64,000 bases of DNA from Andalucia godoyi And28. Taxonomy: Eukaryota; Protista; Jakobida. The DNA lies in contig VRVR01000054.1 of the NCBI GenBank assembly GCA_009859145.1, positions 144,497 through 208,496 on the forward strand. Direction: 5' to 3'. Below, piece by piece: positions 1 to 10,143 of this stretch. A model generated the notes under the pieces. The model had not been told where the DNA came from. It made no database searches and saw only the letters and a program-made list of their open reading frames with translations. Both the position numbers and the translations under genes were made by a program. Numbering within the stretch: the stretch's first letter is position 1; the number at the start of each line of letters is the position of its first letter.

Positions 1-1410
1 TTCCTTTTCCTTCTCTGTAACTCTTTCAGCCGCCCGCTCACGCTCCTTTTCCTTCTCCTTCTCTGCTTCCTTAGCACTGACTCCCTCACCTTGGAACGCA
101 CCGCAAAACTCCAGGACCATGCCTTTGATTCGGAATGCAACGGCATCTGGATCCAGAGGAGGCAGCTTGTTGCGTAGCGAATCGAGTGCCGACGCGGTCT
201 CCTGCACTGATGCAAATCCACACAACAAATCCACCAGCGTCTCTGGATGCACCGCCCGCAGCATGACTCGCAGCGTCGTTAGGTCCACAGCTGACCGAAC
301 TGCAAACGTCGCGGTTGGATTGGGATTGGGATTAGGGTTGGGATTGGGGTTGGGGTTGGGATTGCTATTGGGATTGCTGCCGGGATTGCTGCCGGGATTA
401 TTGCCGGGATTGCTGTTGGCATTGGAACTTGGGTTTCCGGATGTGCTTGCATTGGCACTTGTGGTCGTGGTTGTGGATGTACCCGCCGTGCTTGCACTGG
501 CACTGGTTGAGGATCCAGACGCTCCCGACCCATTCGCCAAGGAAGTCGATCCCGATGATGCCTGACCGCTGTTCAGACCACCGATTGCTCCTTGCTGTTG
601 CTGTAGTTGTTGCTGTTGCTGTTGCTGTGATGGGTTCGCGTAGCTACCGTTCTGATGAATGCCCCCACCATTCAGGCTCTGTCCGCCTAACCCTGAAGAG
701 CGCGATTTCTTTGCCAGCGGCCCACCCGGGGCTTTCGGCACTGAATGCGACTGCGACTGCGACTGCGACTGTGACTGTGACTGTGACTGTTGTTGCGACA
801 CCGATTGCAACTGTGACTGTGGCTGCGAGGGCACTGACTGCGATTGAGATGGCTGCTGTGGTTGCGAGGCAGCATCACTGATAAACGAAGGCAAGGACAG
901 TGTATCGGACCTGTCATCGATATCCGAGTCGTCGCCATTGTCCGGATTGTCGGCATTGTCCGGATTGTCGGCATTGTCCAGATTGTCGACATTGTCCGGA
1001 TTGTCGGCATTGGCACTAGAGATGGGATCGTCGTCATCGTCTTCCCAGGTGGCCGACCCATTCCTAGTGGGTCGTTTCGAGCCCGAAAGCGACGTGCCCG
1101 ACTTCATTAGCAAGTCCTCGTCAAAGTCCGCGAACTCCGCCGACATGTCATTGAAGCCGCGGTGGGCGTGGACTGACATTGAGTTTGCTTGCAGACTTGC
1201 AAACTGCGCGGGATTCAGCCTCCGCAAGAACGCCCGGCGGTTGCAAAACCACGTGTGGATTCGCGACGCATCTTCGCCAAGGTCCTCCGAAAGCTTCATC
1301 AGGTCCGACCGCGAAGGATACATCTCTGCTTGAAAAAATGCATCCAGAGAATCCGTCGTCGCCTTGGAAAACCGCTTCCGAATAATCCCGGCACCACGAG
1401 CCCCAAACAT
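1..1410 (-). CDS. Homeodomain protein with long low-complexity region (3' partial; continues past window start)
   Basis: ATG at 1410; the frame has no stop down to base 1 (checked by hand), so it is absent from the ORF track. N-terminus MFGARGAGII-RKRFSKATTDSLDAFFQAEMYPSRSDLMKLSEDLGEDASRIHTWFCNRRAFLRR matches the homeodomain pattern (F, YP, L..LG, WF.NRR). DN, SQ, Q and NP repeats follow. Confidence 0.85.
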   Translation of the reverse strand, partial: MFGARGAGIIRKRFSKATTDSLDAFFQAEMYPSRSDLMKLSEDLGEDASRIHTWFCNRRAFLRRLNPAQFASLQANSMSVHAHRGFNDMSAEFADFDEDLLMKSGTSLSGSKRPTRNGSATWEDDDDDPISSANADNPDNVDNLDNADNPDNADNPDNGDDSDIDDRSDTLSLPSFISDAASQPQQPSQSQSVPSQPQSQLQSVSQQQSQSQSQSQSQSQSHSVPKAPGGPLAKKSRSSGLGGQSLNGGGIHQNGSYANPSQQQQQQQLQQQQGAIGGLNSGQASSGSTSLANGSGASGSSTSASASTAGTSTTTTTSANASTSGNPSSNANSNPGNNPGSNPGSNPNSNPNPNPNPNPNPNPNPTATFAVRSAVDLTTLRVMLRAVHPETLVDLLCGFASVQETASALDSLRNKLPPLDPDAVAFRIKGMVLEFCGAFQGEGVSAKEAEKEKEKERERAAERVTEKEKE

Positions 1411-2000
1411 CCCCCACAAACGACCCTTACTGAATCCAATCGAGAGTGTTTCAACAATGTAAATTGGGGACAGTAAGAAAAGAAAGAACACGAGAAAAAG
1501 GTGATTAAAAAAAGAAAAAAGGAGCACACAATTCATACATAGAAGAGATCCTACTTTGTATTTCCAACTCTTTTTTCTTAGATTTTCTTTCTTTTTTTTT
1601 TCTCCTTTCAAAAATTTAAGTTTAATTAAATATCATTGTCATTTCTCCATTGCTGTTTATTTGGTCGCTTCATCGCCTTTTGATTGCAGATTGAGAATAG
1701 AGAGAATGGAGGATTGAGGCTTGTCTTTCAGACTCTGCTCTGATCGGTGGATGACAGGCTGCACGCACTGCGGCGATATTAGGACGTAGTGATGGTTTTT
1801 GATGGCAGACCGGCTGTCGTGTCATGTCAACTGCCGGTGAGTGTTGTTTCTGTTCGCGCAGCATCTTTTTGAAACTTGAGGCTTGAGACACAGTCTATTT
1901 CTGGACTTCGCGCGAGGTACAGCAGCAGAATTGCCGCTTTTCTGTTCCCGACAGTTTTTGCGCCTCCATTTCTTCCTTCTTCTTTTCTCTTTTCTTCCTT

Positions 2001-2049
2001 GCTCTTTGCTCTTTGCTCTTTGCTCTTTGCTCTTTGCTCTTTGCTCTTT
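2001..2049. repeat. (GCTCTTT)7 tandem repeat in divergent promoter
   Basis: Directly visible 7-mer tandem array. Confidence 0.9.
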
Positions 2050-2168
2050 GTTCATTAGAAAGAGTTTACAAAGCCCACGACAATTGCTATAAAAGAGCGT
2101 ACAATTTAATTCCCGCGGCGCCACCACCAGCACCAAGCCACCGCCAGGTACAGACAGCTACGTGAAGA

Positions 2169-4850
2169 ATGGACTCGATTGGAAAAAGGGTTCACCGCAT
2201 TGCACGTCATTTGAATCCTTGTTGTCTTAATGATGATGCTGATGGTTATGACCGAGGAGATAGAGATGGGGTGATTTGTGAGCCGGGTGCCGTTGTGGGG
2301 GCCGTCGATGCATCTGGACGAGTAGCTGTGCGCCACAGTGCGCTCCAGACGAGTGACATTCAGAGGTTTTTGCAGCATTCTCGCCATGCGCTACGGGCCA
2401 AGGTGACGGACTGGCTGTTCAGCTCGGAGTTTGCGCCTCTTTACCGCCCGGTGTACGACTTGGGGATGCATGAATCACGCGCGCTGACACTGGTCCGAGT
2501 GCTTGCGTTTGCAAGCCAGCAGTTCATCAAGATGGAGAACGCGTCTGGAAAAGACCTGCTTTCGTTTTTTGCGCCGCTGGAGGTCGTTTCAATCTTGGAC
2601 CAGAACTTGTCCACAAAGATTGGTGTGCAGTACACGCTGTGGGGAGCATCGGTGGCCTCGCTTGGATCTGCGCGCCATGCGTCGATCCTGAATGCCATTG
2701 ATTCGGGGCTTCATCCCAACTCGGACTTTTTTGCACCGGACTGCCCCATCCGTATTGCAGGGTTCCAGGGACGCATGCAGTACAAGCCTGAAGAGTGTGT
2801 GTCGCCCGACAAGAATTTTGGAGTGACGGAATTGCTGAGAAATGGACTTCCGACGTTTCCAGGCTGCTTTGCACTCACAGAGCTTACGCATGGGTCTAAT
2901 GCACGGGGGATCGAAACAACGATTACGCTCGATCAGGCCTCGGGAGACCTGATTGTGCATACCCCTAGCGATGGCGCACAGAAAATGTGGATTGGAAACG
3001 CCGCCGAACACGGAATCATGGCGACTGTCTTTGGAAACTTGATTGTGAATGGGAAGAACGAAGGGATACACGCGGTTGTTGTGCAGATTCGCGAGCCGGA
3101 GGAGGACTGCCTTATGTTTTCCGGATGCAACTGGAAATTCAAGTTTACAAAGGGGGTGCAGATCCGCGACTGTGGAGTTAAGATGGGGTTGAATGGCGTC
3201 GACAACGGACGCATGCAGTTTGACAATGTCCGAGTTCCACGTGCGCATTTGCTCAACCGATTCGGAGACATTGTCGAGAACAAGAACAGAAAGTCTGACT
3301 CGGACCCGCGCTTCGTGTATTCCTCACCGATTGCGGATGTCTCCAAGAGATTCCAGCACACCATTGGAGAGCTGGTGGGGGGTCGCGTGGGAGTTGCTGG
3401 CACCGCACTCACACACTGCTGTTCTGCGCTTGCCGTCACCCTCAAGTACGCCTCCCATCGATTGCAATTCGGACCACCGGGTGTGAATGCACCGGAAGTT
3501 GCCTTGCTTTCGTACACGACCCATCAAATGTGGCTCGTCCCATTGCTGGCGCGAACGGTTTGCTACCGCGTTTTGCAAAATCAAATTCGGGCTCTGTACG
3601 CAGCGCGAAAACATGCAGATCGCATGTCGATCTCGAAGGATGGCGCGAAGCCAGGAACCTTTGCGGAGCCGGTGTCGTACGGAAAGGGATTCCAGATTCT
3701 GGGGCTTTCGTTTTCCGTCAAGGAGGCCTTTTCAGCGGGAGCGCTGACCAAGGAAAAGAGCGGCAGCAGCACAGGTGCCCAAAAAGGGGAGCCTGCGGAC
3801 CCGATTCCTGTGATTCCGCTGTCACATGTCGAGCTGTTGGCGAATGGGATCAAGCCAATCGCAACGTGGCTGCAAATTGAGTGTCTGCAGCGATGTCGTG
3901 AACTGTGTGGCGGTATGGGAATGATGGCCCAAAACCGCATTGGAGTGCTGGCAACAGATGCGAATGTCGCGGTTTCCTATGAGGGCGAGAATTCTCTTCT
4001 GCTGCAGCAAGTTGCAAAAACGCTGCTTGGTGACCTCTCAAAAATGTATAAGTCGCAAGGCGTTGTTCGGGCATCCTTCTCTGTGTTTGTCTCGCGGTTG
4101 GAAACGGCGTTTGTGGACAAGAACCCTTACGCCACGCATCGCACTGATCCTGATCATTTGCTCGATTCGTCCACTCTTGCCAAAGCATTCCTGTATCGCT
4201 ACCACAGGGCGCTTCTGGATCTCGCGACCGAACTGCAGGCTCTCAATGCGCAGCTGACGAATGCCGAGAAGCAACTATCGAAGCAAAATAAGGAATATAA
4301 GAGAAAGACAAAGGCCGAAGTCGGTTTCGAGGCCTGGAACCGGTGCTTGCCGCTTGCATTGGAAGCTGGCAAGGCGTTTATGGATGCTGCCGTCCTGGAC
4401 CGTATGATGTATGTGTTGTACCAGAAGGGTCCTCAGCCAGCGTCCACGAATCCCATCTTCGATGATATTGTGGATTTGTGCCCGGAGTCCATCCGATCGG
4501 ATATGCAGACGCTGACGGAGATTTACGCTTTGGATGTTCTCGAGCGCAATGCTGCCTTTTTCCTTTCTCGCCGCTACTTTTCGCCACGAAAGACCTCTGC
4601 AATCCATTCGTTGTTGCTGGAGAAATGCCGAGAGTATGCACCGCGCGCAGTCACTGTCGCTGGTAGCATCTTCGATCCGCGATTTATGCAGCTCGCACCT
4701 GCAGCTCGGGACAACTACGTAGGCCAGTTTGCCTTCCGTGAGCCAGGAAAGGGAGACTTGACGGATGCAGACTCCAATCCCGAGCTCGTCTCCTTGCTCC
4801 AGTCCTTGTCGGCGTGTGAACTGGATCCCCGAATTGTCCACCGTCCCTGA
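2169..4850 (+). CDS. ACOX: Peroxisomal acyl-CoA oxidase
   Basis: 893 aa ORF with FALTELTHGSNARGIETT, KMWIGNAA, KMGLNGVDNG, CRELCGGMG and SYEGEN motifs. The N-terminus carries PTS2-like RVHRIARHL. Confidence 0.95.
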   Translation: MDSIGKRVHRIARHLNPCCLNDDADGYDRGDRDGVICEPGAVVGAVDASGRVAVRHSALQTSDIQRFLQHSRHALRAKVTDWLFSSEFAPLYRPVYDLGMHESRALTLVRVLAFASQQFIKMENASGKDLLSFFAPLEVVSILDQNLSTKIGVQYTLWGASVASLGSARHASILNAIDSGLHPNSDFFAPDCPIRIAGFQGRMQYKPEECVSPDKNFGVTELLRNGLPTFPGCFALTELTHGSNARGIETTITLDQASGDLIVHTPSDGAQKMWIGNAAEHGIMATVFGNLIVNGKNEGIHAVVVQIREPEEDCLMFSGCNWKFKFTKGVQIRDCGVKMGLNGVDNGRMQFDNVRVPRAHLLNRFGDIVENKNRKSDSDPRFVYSSPIADVSKRFQHTIGELVGGRVGVAGTALTHCCSALAVTLKYASHRLQFGPPGVNAPEVALLSYTTHQMWLVPLLARTVCYRVLQNQIRALYAARKHADRMSISKDGAKPGTFAEPVSYGKGFQILGLSFSVKEAFSAGALTKEKSGSSTGAQKGEPADPIPVIPLSHVELLANGIKPIATWLQIECLQRCRELCGGMGMMAQNRIGVLATDANVAVSYEGENSLLLQQVAKTLLGDLSKMYKSQGVVRASFSVFVSRLETAFVDKNPYATHRTDPDHLLDSSTLAKAFLYRYHRALLDLATELQALNAQLTNAEKQLSKQNKEYKRKTKAEVGFEAWNRCLPLALEAGKAFMDAAVLDRMMYVLYQKGPQPASTNPIFDDIVDLCPESIRSDMQTLTEIYALDVLERNAAFFLSRRYFSPRKTSAIHSLLLEKCREYAPRAVTVAGSIFDPRFMQLAPAARDNYVGQFAFREPGKGDLTDADSNPELVSLLQSLSACELDPRIVHRP

Positions 4851-5356
4851 CCGTCTATCATCTGCATCTGATTGTCTGTAAAATATTGCTGTTGTCGTTC
4901 CTGGCGCGTTCTTCGCAATTCTCAGCTATATTCCAGTGTGTCGACCAGCCTTTTCTGCTCAAAACAGCAACAACAAACGACCTTGTTGCTCGCACCGCGC
5001 GCGCCTTCGGATTTCAATCAATGTATCACACTCAGAGCACACCTTCACCCACGGATTGACGACGTCCGTTTGTTATGCCCTTTTCAGCTCGATAGATGAT
5101 TTCATCCACATGGATGACTCCCACCATCATCAGCGCCGTCGGTCTGGACTTGGACTCGCCATCTCATTCTTGCTCTGCGATTCTCTTCACTGTTGCCAGA
5201 AGCAGATGACAATGAAGACTTGCGTCTTTTTCTTTTTCTTTCTTTTTTTGGGCTGCGCGGCAACGAGGCAAAAAGAAAAGAGATGGAGCATACAGTACTT
5301 CTACAGGGATTTTAATTAATCGAAACATCCATGCACGGGAGCTGCCTAGGAGGAGG

Positions 5357-5704
5357 TCATTCGTGATGGGACGGTGTGGATGAAGTGAGTTGAGGGGCAG
5401 CAGCTTCCCATTCATCTCTTGTAAGAGCCTTGATCTGAAGAGCATGGATCGACTCAGCCATCTCCACCGCAAGCACCTCAAACACCCTTCGATGTCTCTG
5501 GACGCGGCTCAGTCCAGCAAACACCGGACTTACAACCACGACTGCGAAATGCGACTCGGCCGACTGGATGCCCTTCATCGCAGCATGTCCCGCATGCTTT
5601 GCAGAATCGTTCCTGATCTCGAGAAAGTCGACGGGACCAAACGCTGCACTCAGCTTTTCGGCCATCGCTGCAGAAACTGGACCGCCAACCGCCGTAGTCA
5701 CCAT
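5357..5704 (-). CDS. BOLA: BolA family protein (BolA1-like)
   Basis: EKLSAAF..LEIRNDSAKHAGH...ESHFAVVVVSPVFAGLSRVQRHRRVFEVL...IHALQIKA. First ATG is at 5704; the true start may lie upstream. Confidence 0.92.
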   Translation of the reverse strand: MVTTAVGGPVSAAMAEKLSAAFGPVDFLEIRNDSAKHAGHAAMKGIQSAESHFAVVVVSPVFAGLSRVQRHRRVFEVLAVEMAESIHALQIKALTRDEWEAAAPQLTSSTPSHHE

Positions 5705-6181
5705 GGAAGCAAACGTCCGTATTAAACAATCTCGCGGCGCGTGCACTTGCAAGAGCCAAGAAGCACGTTTCGTAACCCCCTGCTGCACTCGCGCTACGAT
5801 CCACGCAATTTTCAGTCCAGGGCAAAGAAAGAAAAAAAAAGAGGAGGTATTTAAAAGTGAAGAAGAAGAATCATAGCCCAACGACGCCCCAATATCACCA
5901 TTGCCAAGTTCCCACAGTCCAACGCCAATAGCAGTCGGCCAATGCCCCCTGTAGATTGCCTTTTAAGATGTTGTTACAGTCGTTTTCATGGTATTTTCGC
6001 GCATCGTTTTTCCTCGCTGCGAATCAATATTTATGGATGATGTTCGCGCCTAGTCCGCGTTTCTCGTTTGTTTTTCATTTTTATTTTTCCATACAGACGA
6101 ATTAAAAGAGGAGGTGCGCTTGCTCGTTTTTTAAATTTTTCATTCTTCGCGTTTTTTTTTTTTGTCTTCTCTGCCGGGACA

Positions 6182-7912
6182 ATGTCTGAAGCGACGGGTG
6201 TGCCGGGGGCGCTTCGGGCGAACCCACATCGGCCGGACCGAACGACGATTGACTATTTCCGGCGGATTGAAGGACTGATTCAGAAGAAGGCGCTGGCGGA
6301 ATCGGATGCGAAGCTTGTGCTGTCTGACTTGGTGGAGGAGAAGGGCGCTGATCTTGAGAAGACGATGTGCGATGTTTTGTGCTCGCGGACGATTGAGCAG
6401 ATCATCCCGTTACTGACGCAGCAGGAAACAGTTCGGCTGACGAACTTGTTTTCGAGTCGGGTTGCCATCTTTGCGGTTGATCGACATGCTTCTCATGTGC
6501 TGGAGACTGCGTTGGTGCATACCACTGTGGACAGCCCCAAGGAGCTCAACATCAATCACAATAACCAGAGCAACAATCAGAGCAAGAGGACGCGGAGAGT
6601 GTACTTTTCACGGGTTTTGCTAAACGTTGTTCGCGAACTGTTCATTTCTAAAGAGGCGATTGCGAACTTGGCGAAGGACGCGTATGGATCGCATGTGCTT
6701 CGAACTGTGCTGGTGCATATTGGGAAGCCATTGGCGTTTTTGACGAGGACCGATGCACAGAAGCATGGTTCCAGCAATGGTGGTGGCGACAACAATGACG
6801 ATGAGAACAAAATTGGGGACGAGGAAGAAGGCGACGGGGAGAATGACGTGGCAAAAGCAACATGGCTTCGAGACAGAGCCTCGAGGTCCCAGGACTACGC
6901 AGTCGAGTATTTTGCAGATGGATCAGAAAAGGCAGATGCAAAAACCAGGGATTCCACAATTGCCGAGTTGAAGAAGTTGTTCAAGAGGTTCTCAGAAACG
7001 ATCTTTGAGAACTTTGCAACGCTTTGTGTCGACGATTTCGGCTCGTTTGTCGTGCAGGCACTTGTGGAAGCCGTACCGCCGCCAAAGATGCCCACTGTGA
7101 TCGACGCCCAGTCGTTTTCAAGACTTGTGAACCACGAAAAGGGCGCTTTTGTGCTCCAGAAGCTCGCAGAGTGTGTGCCTTCGAAGCGGTGGTTCCGCTT
7201 TATCAAGGATAACATTGCCGACTACGCGTCTTCCAATCCGGCAAACTTTGTTGTGCAGTCCATTCTGGAACACCAGCAGCTGTCGTTCAAGGAAAAACAC
7301 GTCATGGCCTTGTGCGAAGGGATTGCGGCGTCTAGAAGGAGGATTCCATCGCAGGTCTACCAGAAGGTCGTGAGTGTGATGAGCCGATATTTGTCGGTCC
7401 AGCAAAAGTACGCCGCATGGATTGTAGGTGTGGCGGATTCGACGAATGATGCGTTCTTGAAGACTGCCATTGCAGAGTCGTTTGTTCTGGAGTTTGTGAA
7501 GGAGCCCGATTGTTCTATGGAAGCGCTATGCAATCCATCTGGCTCGCGGATGTTTGAGTCCTTTTTACGAAACCCGCACATACCGTTCATTGCAAAGCAG
7601 AAAGTTATTCAGAAACTCAAAGGGCACATTGCAGCCTTGGCTTGCGACAAGTTTGGATCGCGTGTCGTGGAGCGTGCCTTTGGCGAGGCCGAGGATTCCA
7701 AGAGAAAATTCATTCTCAAGGAACTGGAGGCGGATCGCCGAAAACTGGAACGCGATCGGTTTGCCCGCTTTGTCGTCATCCATTGCATGTCCAAAGACGC
7801 CGAGGAAGAGGCAAAACACAAGTCGAGTGTCAAGCGAGAGTTGCAGCAACTGCTACTGGAGGAAGAGCAACAAGAAGGACAAACGGCTCGCAAGAAGGCC
7901 AGACACCATTGA
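6182..7912 (+). CDS. NOP9: Nop9-like Pumilio-repeat nucleolar protein
   Basis: PUF-type repeats (DRHASHVLE, DAYGSHVLR, DDFGSFVVQ, NPANFVVQ, DKFGSRVVE) plus N-terminal DRTTIDYFRRIE resembling Nop9. First ATG at 6182. Confidence 0.75.
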   Translation: MSEATGVPGALRANPHRPDRTTIDYFRRIEGLIQKKALAESDAKLVLSDLVEEKGADLEKTMCDVLCSRTIEQIIPLLTQQETVRLTNLFSSRVAIFAVDRHASHVLETALVHTTVDSPKELNINHNNQSNNQSKRTRRVYFSRVLLNVVRELFISKEAIANLAKDAYGSHVLRTVLVHIGKPLAFLTRTDAQKHGSSNGGGDNNDDENKIGDEEEGDGENDVAKATWLRDRASRSQDYAVEYFADGSEKADAKTRDSTIAELKKLFKRFSETIFENFATLCVDDFGSFVVQALVEAVPPPKMPTVIDAQSFSRLVNHEKGAFVLQKLAECVPSKRWFRFIKDNIADYASSNPANFVVQSILEHQQLSFKEKHVMALCEGIAASRRRIPSQVYQKVVSVMSRYLSVQQKYAAWIVGVADSTNDAFLKTAIAESFVLEFVKEPDCSMEALCNPSGSRMFESFLRNPHIPFIAKQKVIQKLKGHIAALACDKFGSRVVERAFGEAEDSKRKFILKELEADRRKLERDRFARFVVIHCMSKDAEEEAKHKSSVKRELQQLLLEEEQQEGQTARKKARHH

Positions 7913-8138
7913 TGATGGCTGCGGAAGGTAGGTGAAAGAGAAGCTATTTTGGCTCACTTCTCGTGAAGTCTCCCTTTATCTTTCTTCTGCTTCTTCTTTC
8001 CTGTTTTCAACAGACAGTTTCTGTATTGTACAAACATAAAACAACAACAATAGCAACATAAATTAAGAGAGGAAACATGGACTACATTACATTGAATTCA
8101 ATAAAGAAGCGCAGACCCTGGGGGTTGAACTAGAGGGG

Positions 8139-9491
8139 TCATTCATCTTCAGACCGAGGTCGTTTCCGATTGGATGGTCCGACGGGCTCTGCATCGCGCA
8201 ACGACGATGACGCTGCTGCGACCCGGGTGTGCATCTGATGTTGCTGTTTATCGCGTTCCACTGGAGGTTCGTGAGGATGACTTGCGTGGACTTCAGGATG
8301 CGGGCCTTGTGACTCGAGCCACGCTGAGAATTTCTCAAGTCTCTTTTCATCGTCAAGCGGGTTTTCCGGTTCATCAAACAGCTCGACGCCGTCCCAGAGG
8401 GCCGCAGCGACGACTCGGTTGTCGAAGCGCTTGCCATTGAGCCGATCGACACACTCCCGGGCATCTTTTGGATCCTTGAACTTGACGGTGACCACGCCTT
8501 GTGGATGGAAGTCATGGACCTTGACTTTGAAGAACTCGCCTATTGTTTCTGCCATTGCCTCGACATCCTCCTTGATCTCCAGCGACGCCGTCAGGTTCGT
8601 TTCAAGATCCTTCGGATCAAACATGTTGCGAAACACCACTGTCCGCTGGCCCCTCTGGCTCTTGTCCGCAACACCATCCTTCCCTCGCCCACTCTCCACT
8701 GCATCATCGTACAGCGTCCACACGATCTTTTTCTTCAGTTCCTCGCGCATCAACGCAGCACCCGCAGCAGTAGCCGCAGTACCACCACCACCAGCAGCAG
8801 CAGCAGCAACAACAACAACAGAAGCAGCAGCAGAAGAAGAAGCAGTCTTAGCCTTGGTTGTGGGAGGTGGTGGTTGGCTGCTTCCAGTCGCCCGTTGCTT
8901 GGCCTCCATGTCAAACTTTGCCTCCTGAACCGTAATCCGCGATCCAAAAACCACGCTTTGGTCCAGCAGAACAATCGCAAGCCCGACGCTCTCGGGCCGC
9001 AAGAATTGCACCAGCGCATCGCCCTTGAGCTTCCTGCTCGCCCCATCGCGGTACAGCCGCACATTCCGAATCACTCCAGCCTTCTTGAACACAGATTCCA
9101 CATCCGATTCGCTGAGTTCCTGATTTGTGCAGTCATTCACCACCGCAAGCCCACTCACATACACATTCGAGCCCGACCGTGGCCCAGCCTGAGCTGCTGT
9201 CCTTGATGGCACCTTGTCACGTCCTCTGTACTTGCTGCCGGTATCAGCGGCGATGGTGGAGGATGCATCGAGCGGACCGTCCATCTCGAGCCGCTGACGC
9301 AAGAGCGGCATGATGCTCGACGACGCCAGCGGATGCCATGCGTCAGCATCCGGATGCCACACTAACGTCAAGTCATTCACTTCGCCGCAGTCGTACAGAT
9401 CACACAGATCATCCAGCGTCACAGGGCCTTCCACACTCGCATCCGCCCCAACATAATGCAGCGACGTCGTGTCCATCTCATGGTCCATCAT
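8139..9491 (-). CDS. HTATSF1: Tat-SF1/Cus2-like U2 snRNP factor with N-terminal GYF_2-like domain
   Basis: RRM1 (NVYVSGL...KAGVI...KLKGDALVQFLRPESVGLA) and UHM-type RRM2 (RTVVFRNMFDP...HPQGVVTVKF...LNGKRFDNR). N-terminal GPVTLDDL...TLVWHPDADAWHPL is GYF_2-like. First ATG at 9491. Confidence 0.88.
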   Translation of the reverse strand: MMDHEMDTTSLHYVGADASVEGPVTLDDLCDLYDCGEVNDLTLVWHPDADAWHPLASSSIMPLLRQRLEMDGPLDASSTIAADTGSKYRGRDKVPSRTAAQAGPRSGSNVYVSGLAVVNDCTNQELSESDVESVFKKAGVIRNVRLYRDGASRKLKGDALVQFLRPESVGLAIVLLDQSVVFGSRITVQEAKFDMEAKQRATGSSQPPPPTTKAKTASSSAAASVVVVAAAAAGGGGTAATAAGAALMREELKKKIVWTLYDDAVESGRGKDGVADKSQRGQRTVVFRNMFDPKDLETNLTASLEIKEDVEAMAETIGEFFKVKVHDFHPQGVVTVKFKDPKDARECVDRLNGKRFDNRVVAAALWDGVELFDEPENPLDDEKRLEKFSAWLESQGPHPEVHASHPHEPPVERDKQQHQMHTRVAAASSSLRDAEPVGPSNRKRPRSEDE

Positions 9492-10143
9492 CTCCCCATC
9501 CACCCCACCCAAACCCTAATCACAATCCTCGACCTCACGTGCCTGTGCTTACCTTTTCCTTGCAATTCGCGATCTGAAAGCTGGAATATTCCGCAACACA
9601 CAATAGAATAACCCGCCAGAAAAACCCCAGTTAAAAAAACCTCGATTAACTACTGTCGTTTGCTGCGTATCTTTTCTTCCTGCATTCCGATTATTCTTTA
9701 TTCGGAAATCTAACCCTAGCCTAGGGTTCATCTCGCTCTTTTCCCCCCTTCGTTTCTTCGTCAAACCTGTCTGTCGTTTTCTTTTTCCTTACTTCTGTTT
9801 CTGTTTCTGTTTCTGTTTCTGTTTCTGTTTCTGTTTCTTCCTTTTTTCTTTCTGTAACCGAGTCGTCCTTGTCTAGTCGAATGTTATTCTCGCCTTTTAC
9901 TAGAATAACCCGTGGACTGGGACATCAAAAGGCTCGCCATATCTATTTTTTGGGCTCCTTTTCCCAGGAGATTCTCTTACACACTTATACAGTTTTTCTC
10001 CCCTCACTCTCCTTTAAGATTATCATTAAAGCAAAACAACAAAACACAACACAACACAAAACAGAAGACCAACGCAGAATGCGAAAACATTTACGGGTTT
10101 GCTTAAATACCGCTGCCCGTTACACACGGCGACACACACATAT

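Noticed and set aside
301-420. GGGATT/GGGGTT/TTAGGG-like repeats resembling telomere sequence
   Set aside because: They lie inside the open homeobox frame and encode Asn-Pro repeats; they are degenerate and internal.
119-1333. Plus-strand ORFs 119-565, 429-881, 938-1333 and similar
   Set aside because: These are shadows of the low-complexity minus-strand homeobox CDS.
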